Shown here: positions 1 to 12,770 of the stretch, one piece after another
Layout: each line of letters opens with the position of its first letter
How positions within the stretch are numbered: position 1 is the stretch's first letter
NCBI GenBank assembly: GCA_963828735.1
Contig: CAWHFW010000005.1
Span: 320,001 to 384,000, forward strand
DNA: 64,000 nt
Origin: an uncultured Gemmatimonadales bacterium
GTDB taxonomy: Bacteria > Gemmatimonadota > Gemmatimonadetes > Gemmatimonadales > GWC2-71-9
Reading direction: 5' to 3'
Position numbers and translations under genes: made by a program
The notes under the pieces: generated by a model
Database searches by the model: none
Told to the model about the DNA's origin: nothing
The model's input: the letters and a program-made list of their open reading frames with translations, nothing else

Positions 1-257
1 CCGAGTCCGATCAGCAGCGCCGGGCGCCGGCCATAGCGGTCCGACACCCGCCCCCAGAGCGGCGCGGAGAGGAGCTGCGCGATCGAGAACGAGGCGATCA
101 GCCGCCCCACCGTTTCCGGCGTGGCATGCAGGCGGATGGCGTAGAACGGCAGCAAGGGGAGGATGATCATGAAGCCGATCGCGTCCACGAAACAGACGAA
201 GATCAGCACCGCGAGTCGCCGGAGGCGCGCGCGGTTTCCGTTCGGCGGTGGAGTCAT
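1..257 (-). CDS. MFS transporter, TetA/DHA1-like (N-terminal part; runs off the window)
   Basis: Manual translation MTPPPNGNRARLRRLAVLIFVCFVDAIGFMIILPLLPFY...LWGRVSDRYGRRPALLIGL contains MFS motif A (GxxSDRxGRR). Its ATG overlaps the TGA of the permease (254-257). Confidence 0.9.
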   Translation of the reverse strand, partial: MTPPPNGNRARLRRLAVLIFVCFVDAIGFMIILPLLPFYAIRLHATPETVGRLIASFSIAQLLSAPLWGRVSDRYGRRPALLIGL

Positions 258-1909
258 CCGGCGCTGCCGCGGTCCGCACCCACGGCGAAGACCACGGCGC
301 TCACCAGCATCAGGACCACGCCGTAGGCGGCCGCGACGCCCACGTCCGATTGCCGGAGGCTGGAGAGAATCTCGAGCGAGATCGGACGGGTGTCGTACGT
401 ATAGAGCATGATCGAGGTCACGAAATCTCCGAGCGCCGTGACGAAGGCGAGGCTCGCCCCAGCCAGCAAGGCCGGTCGGAGGAGCGGCAAAGTGATCCGG
501 CGAAGGGTTCGAGCCCGGCCCGCCCCGAGCGACGCGGCCGCCTCGTCGAGCGAGGGATCGAGAGCGCGAACGCCGGCCAGGATGGCGCGGCTGGTGATCG
601 GTAGATTCCGTACGAGATATGCGAGTGGAAGGATCCAGAGCGTGCCGACCAGGATCACACGACCGGCCCAGGGCGCCCGCACGCTGAAGGCGGTGGCCAG
701 CGCGATCGCGAACACGGTGCCGGGTACCGCCCACGGCAGCGCGAGCAGCGTTTCGATGGCTCGTCCGCCGCGGACCCGGCTCCGCGCGCTGACGAGCGCG
801 CCCGCGAGCGCGATCGCCACGGCCGCGGCTGTCGCGACGGCCGCGAGCCAGAGGCTGTTGACGAGCGGCCGGGCGCGAACCGGGTCCTGCACCAGCGTCA
901 GATAGTTCCGAAGGGTGTAGGCTGGGGGAAACGGCTCCGTGGTCCAGGTGCCGATCGGCACCAGCGAGACGAGCAGCAGGGTGAGATGCGGCAGCAGGAG
1001 AATGGCCGCTAGCCCCCACCCGAGGACCGCGAGCGCGAGACGCGTGCCCCGATGTCGTACCGGTATCCGCGCGGGACCGGCGCCCTTCCGTCCGCCCGCC
1101 GCATCCACCATCCGCGTCCCCCGGAAGAGCCAGAGCGCGGCCAGCGCAAGCAAGGTCAGCGAGATGGTTTCCACCATCGCGAGCCCGTCGTCGCCGTTGA
1201 GGCGCGTGGCGACGATCTGCGTCGGCATCACGCGAAAGCCGCCGCCGAAGATGTATGGCGCGCTGAACGACGCCAGCGAGGTCATGAACGTGAGGAGCGC
1301 AGCCCCGCCGAGCGCGGGACGGAGCTGGGGCAACACGATCCGCCAGAGCGTCCGCCAGCGGCCCGCCCCAAGGCTGGCCGCCGCTTCCAGGAGGGAGCCG
1401 TCGAAGGACTGGAGCGCCGCGCGGACGAAGAGATAGAAGTAGACGTACATCGAGTAGGCGTGCACCAGCAGGATCGCCCCCGCGCCCTGGAGCCGCCACG
1501 GCGGGTCGGTCAGGCCCAGGATGCGCTGCACGAGCAGCGAGGCGAAGCCCGTCTCGCCGTAGAGGAACAGGAACGCGAGGACCCCGACGAGCGGCGGGAG
1601 CACCGCCGGCAGGGCCACGAGGCCGCCCAGGATTCGTCCGGCCGGCAGCTCGTAGCGAGCGAACAGGAATGCCAGCGGGATACCGATGGCCCCGGCCAGC
1701 AGTACGCTGACCACCGAGATCCAGAGACTCCCCCACAGCGCCTGCCATTCGGTGGGCCGCGCGAGGAAGGCCCGCACGAACCGGAGCGTCCAGCCGCCGG
1801 GCTCGCGCACGCCTTCGACCAGCACCAGCACCAGCGGGTACGCCACCAGCCAGACCAGGACCAGGAGCAGCAGCGCCGCCAGCACGCGCACCCGCCAGGA
1901 CCCGGTCAT
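254..1909 (-). CDS. Fe3+/thiamine-type ABC transporter permease (FbpB-like, two TM halves)
   Basis: Two EAA loops (LLEAAASLGAG, LDEAAASLGAG); highly hydrophobic. Start placed at MTGSWRV by ATGA overlap. Confidence 0.9.
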   Translation of the reverse strand: MTGSWRVRVLAALLLLVLVWLVAYPLVLVLVEGVREPGGWTLRFVRAFLARPTEWQALWGSLWISVVSVLLAGAIGIPLAFLFARYELPAGRILGGLVALPAVLPPLVGVLAFLFLYGETGFASLLVQRILGLTDPPWRLQGAGAILLVHAYSMYVYFYLFVRAALQSFDGSLLEAAASLGAGRWRTLWRIVLPQLRPALGGAALLTFMTSLASFSAPYIFGGGFRVMPTQIVATRLNGDDGLAMVETISLTLLALAALWLFRGTRMVDAAGGRKGAGPARIPVRHRGTRLALAVLGWGLAAILLLPHLTLLLVSLVPIGTWTTEPFPPAYTLRNYLTLVQDPVRARPLVNSLWLAAVATAAAVAIALAGALVSARSRVRGGRAIETLLALPWAVPGTVFAIALATAFSVRAPWAGRVILVGTLWILPLAYLVRNLPITSRAILAGVRALDPSLDEAAASLGAGRARTLRRITLPLLRPALLAGASLAFVTALGDFVTSIMLYTYDTRPISLEILSSLRQSDVGVAAAYGVVLMLVSAVVFAVGADRGSAG

Positions 1910-2982
1910 GCCCCGTTCGCCGGAAACAGGTGGATGCCGCCGCCGACCCGCCGGCTCGGCATGAGTCCGACCCGCGCGCCCGCGGGCACGGCCTGCGGTG
2001 GCGCGACGACCTCCAGCACCGCCCCACCATCGGTGCGGACCGTGTAGACCGCGGAAGGGCCGACGAAGCGGCGGGACGTAACGGTCGCCGGAATGGCGCC
2101 GGGATCGGGCGGCGTGAGCCGGAGGGCTTCGGGACGGACCAGCATCACCGCTCGACCGGCCGCGGGCATCGGCACCCCGGGTATCGCGTCCACGTCCCAC
2201 TCGACGCCCTCGACCGCGACACGGATGCCGCGCGCCGAGGCCCCGAGCACCGTCACCTCCGCGCTGGTGGAGCGACCCACGAACCCGGCGACGAACACGT
2301 TGGCCGGCGCGCCGTAGAGCTCGTCGGGGGTGCCCACCTGCTCGAGCCGCCCCCCGCGCATGACGGCGACGCGGTCGCCCAGCTCGAAGGCCTCGTCCTG
2401 CTCGTGGGTCACCAGGACGGTCGTGATGCCGACGCGGTGGATGACGTCGCGGATCTCCCGGCGGGTCCGCTCGCGCAGGGTCGGGTCGAGGTTGGACAGG
2501 GGCTCGTCCAGCAGCAGCACCCGCGGCTCGGGCGCGAGTGCGCGCGCGAGGGCGACGCGCTGCTGCTGGCCCCCTGAGAGCTGCGCGATACGGCGCGGTC
2601 CGAACCCCGCCAGGTCCACCAGGGCGAGCGCCCGGTCTACCCGCCGATCGAGCTCGGCGTCAGGCACGCCGAGCGACTCGAGGCCGAAGGCCACGTTCGA
2701 GCGAACGTCGAGATGGGGGAACAGGGCGTAGTGCTGGAATACCATGCCGAAGCGGCGGGAGACCGGCGCCACCCGGGTGACGTCCTCGCCGTCCACCACG
2801 ACCCGACCTTGGTCCGGCGCCTCGAACCCGGCCAGCAGCCGGAGCGTCGTCGTCTTTCCGCTCCCGCTCGGGCCGAGCAACGCCAGCATCTCGCCGCGCT
2901 CGAGCGCCAGGGACAGCCGGTCGACCGCCACGGTCCCGTCGAACCGCTTCACCAGCCCCTCGAGCCGGAGGAAGCCGCTCAT
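1906..2982 (-). CDS. ABC transporter ATP-binding protein (FbpC/PotA-like, TOBE tail)
   Basis: Walker A GPSGSGKT, signature LSGGQQQR, Walker B LLLDEP. Start MSGFLRL at an ATGA overlap. Confidence 0.93.
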   Translation of the reverse strand: MSGFLRLEGLVKRFDGTVAVDRLSLALERGEMLALLGPSGSGKTTTLRLLAGFEAPDQGRVVVDGEDVTRVAPVSRRFGMVFQHYALFPHLDVRSNVAFGLESLGVPDAELDRRVDRALALVDLAGFGPRRIAQLSGGQQQRVALARALAPEPRVLLLDEPLSNLDPTLRERTRREIRDVIHRVGITTVLVTHEQDEAFELGDRVAVMRGGRLEQVGTPDELYGAPANVFVAGFVGRSTSAEVTVLGASARGIRVAVEGVEWDVDAIPGVPMPAAGRAVMLVRPEALRLTPPDPGAIPATVTSRRFVGPSAVYTVRTDGGAVLEVVAPPQAVPAGARVGLMPSRRVGGGIHLFPANGA

Positions 2983-4079
2983 CGCGCGGCTCGCCGCCCG
3001 GTGCCGCGAACGTGCTGGTCCCAGTAGCTCATCCAAGCCGGCCCCTCTTGCGCCAGCCGGTCCCAATCCACATCCGCGACGACCATCTCGCGCTCGACCT
3101 CTTCCACCCATGCCGGCAGCCGCTCGCGGGGCAGATCGTGGCGCGCCGGAAGCCGGTACACCCGGGACGCGGCAAGCAACTGGCCTTCCTCGCTGCCCAC
3201 GAAGTCGATGAAGGCGCGCGCCGCGGCGGGATGCCGGCTCCCACGCACCAGGCCGATCGCGTCGTCGATCACCACGGTGCCGCTCCGCGGAAAGGTGTAG
3301 TCGAACGGCATGCCCTTCGACCGGCTGATGAGCACATCGGGGAGATCCCAGAGCGTCACCAGGCCCTCGCCACGCGCGAGTCGGGCATCGAGGATCGCAG
3401 GGTTCAGGGCGTAGGCCTTGGTCTGGCCGTCGAGGTGCCGCAGCCACGCCATGCCGTCGGCCGTGTCGCCGGTACGGCGAAGACTGCGCTCGATGATCAG
3501 GCCCCAGATCGCCCGCATCGTCCCGCTCGCCATCGGGTCCCGGATGAGCACCCGGTCGAACCAGCGGGGCGCGAGCACTTCGTCCCAGTCGGTGGGTGCC
3601 TGATCACGGGCCACGAGGCGGCTGTTGAAGACGATCACCGCCGGCGTTCGGTACGCGGGATAGTACAGGTCGTTCGGACCGATCCCGCGCGGCCCCACAT
3701 CGGCGGCCCAGGTCGGATGGTACGGCGCCAGGAGAGAATCGGCTACGCCGCGATCGAAGATCGTGGTCGGGCCGCCGAACCACACGTCGGCCTGCGGATT
3801 CACGCGCTCGAATCGGAGCCGATCGAGGATCTCCTGCGATCCCATGTCGAGCCAGCGTACGTCGATGTCGGGATGAGTCCGCTCGAAGGCCTGCTCCAGC
3901 AGGGTGAGCTGGTCGCGCCCGTGTGGCGAGTAGACGACGACAGGCGTGCGCGCGTCGGAGTCGCAGGACAGGATGCCAAGGAGCGCGAGGCCGGACAGCG
4001 CGCGCCATGGCCGCCGCACGCGCCGCGCGGGCGGGCGACATGCCGCCACCCTGGCCGCGTCCTCCGGCCCCGCCGTCAT
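2979..4079 (-). CDS. ABC substrate-binding lipoprotein (FbpA/AfuA-like)
   Basis: Lipobox-like LGILSC; VVVYS, PQADVWFGG, RDPMASGT and AARAFIDFV motifs typical of cluster-D binding proteins. Confidence 0.88.
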   Translation of the reverse strand: MTAGPEDAARVAACRPPARRVRRPWRALSGLALLGILSCDSDARTPVVVYSPHGRDQLTLLEQAFERTHPDIDVRWLDMGSQEILDRLRFERVNPQADVWFGGPTTIFDRGVADSLLAPYHPTWAADVGPRGIGPNDLYYPAYRTPAVIVFNSRLVARDQAPTDWDEVLAPRWFDRVLIRDPMASGTMRAIWGLIIERSLRRTGDTADGMAWLRHLDGQTKAYALNPAILDARLARGEGLVTLWDLPDVLISRSKGMPFDYTFPRSGTVVIDDAIGLVRGSRHPAAARAFIDFVGSEEGQLLAASRVYRLPARHDLPRERLPAWVEEVEREMVVADVDWDRLAQEGPAWMSYWDQHVRGTGRRAAR

Positions 4080-6562
4080 TTCGCCAGCGCGAGCAGGTTG
4101 GCGAACAGGCGGAATGCGCCCGGCACGCCCGAGGGTAGCTGGCGGAAGAAGCTGAGTCCGGTGTAGACGTACGTTCCCTGCCCCACGTGAGCGAGAAGCA
4201 AGCCGCCTTCGAGCGGCGCATCGCCCGGGTCGTGCGTTTCTAGCAGGGGGCGATAGGCCGGATCCCAGCTTCGCGCGAAGTAGAGCCCGCGCTCCTGGAT
4301 CCACCCGCGCCAGTCCTGCTCCGTGATGCGATTGGGCGCGCGAAATACTGGATCCGACGGCGCGAGGATCCGGACCGGCGCGGTTTCATCGGTCACGCGG
4401 TCATGGCCCACCGGCGCGCCACCGGGCGTGAGCGAGGGACCCCCGACGGTGAGTGGGTAGGGAGCGAAGCCGCCGTTGAAATACGGCTGCTGCTGGTACT
4501 GCACGATGACGACCCCGCCTCGCCGCGCGTATGCCACCAGGCGCCCGTTCGCCTCGACCAGCGCCGAGTCGGTCTCGTAGGCGCGCGGCCCGACGACGAT
4601 GGCGTCGAACCGCGACAGGTCGCCGCGCTCGATGGTCCCGCCGTCCAGCACGCTCACCGGCAGCCCCGCCTCGATCAGCGCCTCGGGCACACGGTCCGCC
4701 GCGCCCCGGACGTAGCCGATCCTGGTGAGGGCCGGCCAAGCCAGCTGCGCCATCCGCACCGTGGCCGCCGCGGGACGCACCAGCGATCGCGGGCGGATGT
4801 GCGGATAGTCCACGGTCACGAGCCCCGTCTCGTACCTGCGTCCGCTCGCGTCCCGAGCGACCGCCCGGACCTGGACCGTCCCCTGCACCGGCGCGACGGG
4901 CGGCCGGACGTCGAACGAGTATGTCTCGCGCTCGTCCTCGTGCTCGAGCCGGAACGACTGCGGCGTGACGGCCGTCCAGCCCGCAGGAAGCTCGAGGGTC
5001 AGCGTGCCCGTGGTCGTATCACGGGCTCCGTGGGCCAGGGTAACCGTGAACCGCCGGGCCTTGCGGGAGCCGGCGGACCACACGGCCGTCCCCGGATCGA
5101 GCGCCACGTCCACGCGCGGCACGACCGCGAGCGGGCGCCGCACCTCACCGCGCGCCTGATCGTTGAGTCGGTAGCTGACCTCGCGCTCGACGACCGCGGT
5201 GCCGTCCAGCACGAACCGGCCGGAGAGCTCCGGCGGACCGAACGGCTCGCCGCGCACAGAGGGCGCGGCCGCGCGCCAGTCGTACACCGCCGTATCGCCG
5301 CCGAGCAGGCGGAAATACGGGGCTGTCAGCGCCGCGTCCGGGCGGACGGTCGCCGTCACCTGCCTGGAGACCAGCGCGCCCGGCGCGAGACGCAGAGTCG
5401 CGGCGGTCGTGTCCGCATCGATGGCGCGCCCGGGGGCGAGCATGACGGCCACCGTGCGGGCGGAGAGGCCGGTGTTCCAGCACTCGATGACGACCGCGAG
5501 GCGCTGGCCGGGCGTGACGCGATCGTCGTCGCTCCTCGCGTCGCACACGACGCCGGCGGCGGCCACGATCGCGCGGTCGAGATGGGCCAGCTCGGTGGCC
5601 GGCACCTCCGATGACGCCCAGTGCCGCCGAAGCGTGAGCAGCGCGTCGACGTCCGCCGTCGGCCCGCGCGGAGCGGCGCTCGCCGCCTGCAGCGTGGTGT
5701 CGATCCCGGCGAACAGGTCGCCACCGCCACCCGTCCTGTCCTCGAGCAGGGCGAGCGGCACCCGCGAAGGGCCCAGCGCCTGAAGCCGCCCCATGTCCTG
5801 CGATCGGTGGAGACTTCGGCCCGCCATCGCGATCTGGTGATAGGAGAGCCCGACAGCCCGATCCAGCGCGCCACCCTCGAGCACCATGGTCGTGGCGGCG
5901 GAATCGAACCGCGTGCTGCGATAGAGCTTGCTCGGCGTCCATGGCGCGAGCCCCTCCTCGCGCGCCAGCTCCGGGAACCGCGTGCTGTCGCCGGCGGCCC
6001 GAAAGGCCTCCATCGCCGCCCAGCCCGCGGCCTGATGCTGTCCGTGGCCGTCCCGCGGCGTGCCGCTGAACACGGAGACGATGATCTGCGGACGGAACCG
6101 GCGGACGATGCGCACCACGTCCTTGAGGATGGTGTCCCGTGGCCAGTGGGTCCACGTCTCGTCGAGGGTCTTGGAGTAGCCGAAATCGTACGCACGAGTG
6201 AAGTACTGGCGTGCTCCGTCCAGCCGCCGCGCCGCGAGCAGCTCTTCGGACCGGAGCAGGCCGAGGGCCTCGCCGAGCTCGGGACCGATCAGGTTCTGCC
6301 CGCCCTCGCCCCGGTTGAGGGAGAGGTACGCGGCGTCCGCGCCCATCCCACGCACGAGGACGGTCAGGAGCTCAGTGTCCTCGTCATCGGGGTGCGCGCC
6401 GATCATGAGGACCCGCTCCTCGTGCCCCAGCATCCGGAGCTCGCGGTCGAGCGTGACCGCCCCGCCGGTGGACGGCGGCTCGAGCTGAGCCGAAGCAGTC
6501 GTGGAGGAAGTGATGCCGAGAAGAACAGAGGCTACCGCGAAGAAGAGCGAGCGCAGACGCAC
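4076..6562 (-). CDS. Secreted PIG-L/LmbE-family deacetylase with Ig-like and GATase-like C-terminal domains
   Basis: Signal peptide ending ASA; AHPDDE, RGEGGQN, RSEEL, DFGYSK and HGQH motifs of the PIG-L family. Confidence 0.88.
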   Translation of the reverse strand: MRLRSLFFAVASVLLGITSSTTASAQLEPPSTGGAVTLDRELRMLGHEERVLMIGAHPDDEDTELLTVLVRGMGADAAYLSLNRGEGGQNLIGPELGEALGLLRSEELLAARRLDGARQYFTRAYDFGYSKTLDETWTHWPRDTILKDVVRIVRRFRPQIIVSVFSGTPRDGHGQHQAAGWAAMEAFRAAGDSTRFPELAREEGLAPWTPSKLYRSTRFDSAATTMVLEGGALDRAVGLSYHQIAMAGRSLHRSQDMGRLQALGPSRVPLALLEDRTGGGGDLFAGIDTTLQAASAAPRGPTADVDALLTLRRHWASSEVPATELAHLDRAIVAAAGVVCDARSDDDRVTPGQRLAVVIECWNTGLSARTVAVMLAPGRAIDADTTAATLRLAPGALVSRQVTATVRPDAALTAPYFRLLGGDTAVYDWRAAAPSVRGEPFGPPELSGRFVLDGTAVVEREVSYRLNDQARGEVRRPLAVVPRVDVALDPGTAVWSAGSRKARRFTVTLAHGARDTTTGTLTLELPAGWTAVTPQSFRLEHEDERETYSFDVRPPVAPVQGTVQVRAVARDASGRRYETGLVTVDYPHIRPRSLVRPAAATVRMAQLAWPALTRIGYVRGAADRVPEALIEAGLPVSVLDGGTIERGDLSRFDAIVVGPRAYETDSALVEANGRLVAYARRGGVVIVQYQQQPYFNGGFAPYPLTVGGPSLTPGGAPVGHDRVTDETAPVRILAPSDPVFRAPNRITEQDWRGWIQERGLYFARSWDPAYRPLLETHDPGDAPLEGGLLLAHVGQGTYVYTGLSFFRQLPSGVPGAFRLFANLLALAK

Positions 6563-6695
6563 AAACCCCGGCCGAGAGGGTGAGGGAGGAAGCTATACCT
6601 GTCCGGCGGGAAACGTGAGATGATCGGCGGAGGGAGCCAGGGCGGGGACGACGGACGAGGCTCGAGCGGCCCGCCCGTAGCCCCCTGCCAGGCGG

Positions 6696-7199
6696 CTATT
6701 GCATCGGCGCCGCGCCCAGCGGCGTGTTCCGGATCGACTCGCGGAACGCCGGGTGTCGCCGCCAGAGATAGAATGCCATACTGACGGCCGCCAGCGTATT
6801 GGCAGTCACGACCGCCCAGAACGGGAACAGCTCGTGTGTGCGTTCCGACAGGACCTCGAGAAAGCCGTAAAACAACACCTCGAAGACCAAGAACACCGGC
6901 AATAGGGCATACCGAACGACCGGATTCTCGACACCCCAGTGCACCAGGGCCACGAGACCCATCCCGATCAGCGCGAAGACGATGAAGTGGAATGCCGTGT
7001 AGAGGAGGATGGCGCCGAAAGCCAACTGGCTGTCGGGCGTCCGATCGCCCAGGAGGACCATTTGGCCGAGCAGGCTCGGCGTCTGGAAGGGATGGCCGGC
7101 AAGCGTGTCGAGCGCAAGGAACCAGACGGCCACCACGATTCCGCCGATCAGCCCTACATCTGTGCCCTCGCCGATGACCGAGTGACGGTTATCAGGCAT
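6696..7199 (-). CDS. Hypothetical 4-TM membrane protein (paralog of 7778-8335)
   Basis: About four hydrophobic helices; shared motif WF..D..AGHPF.TP..LG. Confidence 0.75.
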   Translation of the reverse strand: MPDNRHSVIGEGTDVGLIGGIVVAVWFLALDTLAGHPFQTPSLLGQMVLLGDRTPDSQLAFGAILLYTAFHFIVFALIGMGLVALVHWGVENPVVRYALLPVFLVFEVLFYGFLEVLSERTHELFPFWAVVTANTLAAVSMAFYLWRRHPAFRESIRNTPLGAAPMQ

Positions 7200-7416
7200 G
7201 CGCACCCCTATGAAAGCCCGGGCAGGTCATCCGCCGAGCCGGTGATCCGGCACTGCGCCCCGCGGGCCCGAAACCGCAGGCGCCGCCTTCTGAAGGCGTA
7301 CATTCACAGTGGGAAAGTCAGCGGCCGGGCGCAAGAGAGGACACCGTGCTGGACGTAAGGCCGATCTGGTCGTGCCCTCGCGCCAACCCAGCCAATTCAC
7401 CTCGAGGAGGATGCCC

Positions 7417-7776
7417 ATGCCAGAGCCCCGGAACGACCGGCGGATCGACTACATCGAGTTCCCGGTTCCGGACGTCGCGACAGCCAAGCAGTTCTATGGG
7501 ACGGTGTTCGGGTGGACCTTCACGGACTACGGCCCGGACTATACCAGCTTCGAGGACGGACGGTTGAGCGGGGGCTTTCGCGGGGGCGCGGCCGTGTTGG
7601 CGGGCGGTCCTCTCGTGGTCATCTACGCCGTCAATCTCGAGGTCATCGCCGCCGCAGTCCAGGCGGCCGGCGGCCGGATCACCCAACCGACGTTCGACTT
7701 TCCCGGGGGCCGCCGGTTTCATTTCGTCGACCCGAGCGGGCACGAGCTGGCCGTCTGGTCGGATCCGTTGCGCTAG
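7417..7776 (+). CDS. VOC/glyoxalase-family protein
   Basis: IDYIEF...FYG.VFGW.F.DYG.DY...FPGGRRFHF.DPSG.EL.VW; GGAGG SD directly upstream. Confidence 0.9.
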   Translation: MPEPRNDRRIDYIEFPVPDVATAKQFYGTVFGWTFTDYGPDYTSFEDGRLSGGFRGGAAVLAGGPLVVIYAVNLEVIAAAVQAAGGRITQPTFDFPGGRRFHFVDPSGHELAVWSDPLR

Positions 7777-7777
7777 G

Positions 7778-8335
7778 TCACGCCGCGCGAGGCCGCTCCG
7801 GAGAACTCGTAGGGCGGGGCGGATGGGGCGGCGGAGGGATCTCCGAGCCCAGGGGGACCTCGTGCATGGATTGTACGAGCCCAGGGTGACGCGGCCACAG
7901 GAAGCCGGCCATGCCCAGCGCCCCGAGCAGGCTGCCGCTGATGACGGACCACGGCGAGAACCGCTCGCCGGACGCGGTCCCCAGCATGTACATCTCGCCC
8001 GCAAACAAGCCGAACGCGATCGTCAGCCCGATCCACACGCCCATCCGGAGCGCGGGATTCCGGGTGGCGAGGTGCACCAGGCACGAAAGCCCCATACCGA
8101 CCAGGATGAACGCCAGCACGTGGATCACCGTGTAGCCGATCACGGCCTCCGGGGCGATCCGTGTTGCCGAAGGAGCGAGGTCCCCTCGGAAGAAGATCTT
8201 CCCCAGGACGTTCGGCGTGTGGAACGGGTGCCCTGCCCCGGTGTCCACGATGAAGAACCACCCCGCCACAATGACCGCGCCGATGATGCCGGTGACCACT
8301 CCCTCACGAACCGTCGAATGCTCGCCCGCGCGCAT
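7778..8335 (-). CDS. Hypothetical 4-TM membrane protein (paralog of 6696-7199)
   Basis: MRAGEHSTVREGVVTGIIG...WFFIVDTGAGHPFHTPNVLG aligns by eye with the paralog. Confidence 0.75.
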   Translation of the reverse strand: MRAGEHSTVREGVVTGIIGAVIVAGWFFIVDTGAGHPFHTPNVLGKIFFRGDLAPSATRIAPEAVIGYTVIHVLAFILVGMGLSCLVHLATRNPALRMGVWIGLTIAFGLFAGEMYMLGTASGERFSPWSVISGSLLGALGMAGFLWPRHPGLVQSMHEVPLGSEIPPPPHPPRPTSSPERPRAA

Positions 8336-8412
8336 AGCCCTTCCCTCCGTCGATGCGGTTTTCGCCGCGGCTCCAGAGTGGGAGACATCGTGGCACCGGG
8401 ATGTGTCGGAGG

Positions 8413-8745
8413 TCACCGGGATCGGGCACGGTCCCCCTGGCACGCCTCGCAGGGGCACGCGGCCAGGAGACGCTCGAACGTGTAGATGCCGGTGTCGTGC
8501 CCGTCACTCCAGCGAATCTTGAGGCCATAGGTGCCCACCAGGGCGACGAACACGGGTCGAATGTCCATGGAAACGGTCGAAGGGTCGAGCAGGGGCCTAC
8601 CCGACATTTCCTCGACGCACGCCGCGCAGGGACAGGCCAGGCGCAACGGCCTCGCCGGATAGAGTGCCGCGTGCTCCCCCCGTACCCACTCGATGAGCAG
8701 CCCGTCGTCCTGTCGGGTGATGGCGTAGGGCATGGGGGTCGGCAT
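8413..8745 (-). CDS. DUF971 / GBBH N-terminal-like protein
   Basis: LRLACPCAAC...VGTYGLKIRWSDGHDTGIYTF signature. Confidence 0.88.
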   Translation of the reverse strand: MPTPMPYAITRQDDGLLIEWVRGEHAALYPARPLRLACPCAACVEEMSGRPLLDPSTVSMDIRPVFVALVGTYGLKIRWSDGHDTGIYTFERLLAACPCEACQGDRARSR

Positions 8746-8809
8746 CGGCGCTCCGGCGGAAGATGGTAGATGGATAGTATATTGCGCCTGACTACAACCA
8801 TCACGGAAC

Positions 8810-11635
<2,826 letters not shown>

Positions 11636-11707
11636 CGGGTCCGGACAGGGGCATGCCCGCCCCGTCGTCCGGGGTAGGATGTCCCGGCACCGTCACCAGA
11701 CCAAGCA

Positions 11708-11741
11708 AAACGCCCCCCGAACTGCTGTTCGGGGGGCGTTT
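11708..11741. terminator. Bidirectional intrinsic terminator between acnA and the sigma gene
   Basis: Perfect stem AAACGCCCCCCGAAC-tgct-GTTCGGGGGGCGTTT between convergent genes. Confidence 0.8.
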
Positions 11742-11761
11742 CATCAGCTGGGTCTGGCGAA

Positions 11762-12655
11762 TCAGGCCACGAGATCCCGCAGTCGATCGCCGGTCTCGCC
11801 TTCGCGAAGGCGGAGGAGGGCCCGGTCCCGGAGCTGACGGATCCGCTCGCGGGTGACACCCATCATCCGACCGATCTCCTCGAGCGTGCGACTGTTTCCG
11901 TCGTCGAGACCGAAGTAGAGCCGCAGCACCTTGGCATCCCGCGGCGGCAGCGCGGCGAGCGCGGCCTCGATGTCGCGAGTCTGGCTGTTCGCCATGGTGC
12001 TCATGTCGGTGCTTTCCTGCTCACCGCTCGTGAACCGCTCGATCCGCTCGTTCCCCTCGCCGTCGCGCGTCGGGTGGTCGAGGCGTACGGCCTCGGAGTT
12101 GAGCGCGCTCAGCGACCGGACTGCCTCGACCGTGAGGCCGGTAGCACGGGCCAGCTCCTCGGTGGTCGGCATGCGGCCGAGCTTGTCCTTGAGGAGCGTC
12201 GTGGTGCGGCCGAGGCGGCTCAGATCCGCGGTGCGGTTGAGCGGCACCCGAACGGGACGACCGTGACGTGCGATGGCGGCCTGCACCGCCTGGCGGATCC
12301 ACCAGACGGCGTACGAGATGAACTTGACGCCGCGGTCGGGGTCGAACTTCCGAGCGGCCGTCATGAGCCCGAGGTTCCCCTCGCCGATCAGGTCGACGAG
12401 CGGCACACCACGGTTCTGGAACTTCTTGGCCACCGAGACGACGAACCGGACGTTGTGGCGTGCCAGCTTCTCCTGGGCGGCCACGTTGCCCTTGAACGCC
12501 TTCCGCGCGAGCTCCATCTCCTCCTCACGATTGAGGAGGGGCACCCGGCTGATCTCGTCGAGATACAGGTCCAGGCTTTCACGGCCTTCATCAATTGCAC
12601 GAGCGATCTGCGCCGGTCGCACCGGGCGACGCTTGCCACGTGCCTTCATCGTCAC
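11762..12655 (-). CDS. RNA polymerase sigma-70 factor, RpoD/RpoS-like, without region 1.1
   Basis: LDLYLDEI (1.2), DLIGEGNLGL..AA.KFDP.RG.KF.SYA.WWIRQ (2), TLEEIG..MGVTRERIRQ (4.2). GGAGG lies about 8 nt before GTG 12655; alternative ATG at 12649. Confidence 0.92.
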   Translation of the reverse strand: MTMKARGKRRPVRPAQIARAIDEGRESLDLYLDEISRVPLLNREEEMELARKAFKGNVAAQEKLARHNVRFVVSVAKKFQNRGVPLVDLIGEGNLGLMTAARKFDPDRGVKFISYAVWWIRQAVQAAIARHGRPVRVPLNRTADLSRLGRTTTLLKDKLGRMPTTEELARATGLTVEAVRSLSALNSEAVRLDHPTRDGEGNERIERFTSGEQESTDMSTMANSQTRDIEAALAALPPRDAKVLRLYFGLDDGNSRTLEEIGRMMGVTRERIRQLRDRALLRLREGETGDRLRDLVA

Positions 12656-12757
12656 GCTGTTGACCTCCTCAGGACTCCCGTCCCCGCAGGTATACCAGCA
12701 AGGAAACTGGGACCGACTGGTTTTAAGACGGGCCAATATACCGTCTAAGATGCCTAA

Positions 12758-12770
12758 AATCAACACCTTA
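12758..12770 (+). promoter_or_regulatory. IHF-like binding site upstream of the sigma gene
   Basis: AATCAACACCTTA matches WATCAANNNNTTR exactly, within an AT-rich intergenic patch. Confidence 0.5.
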
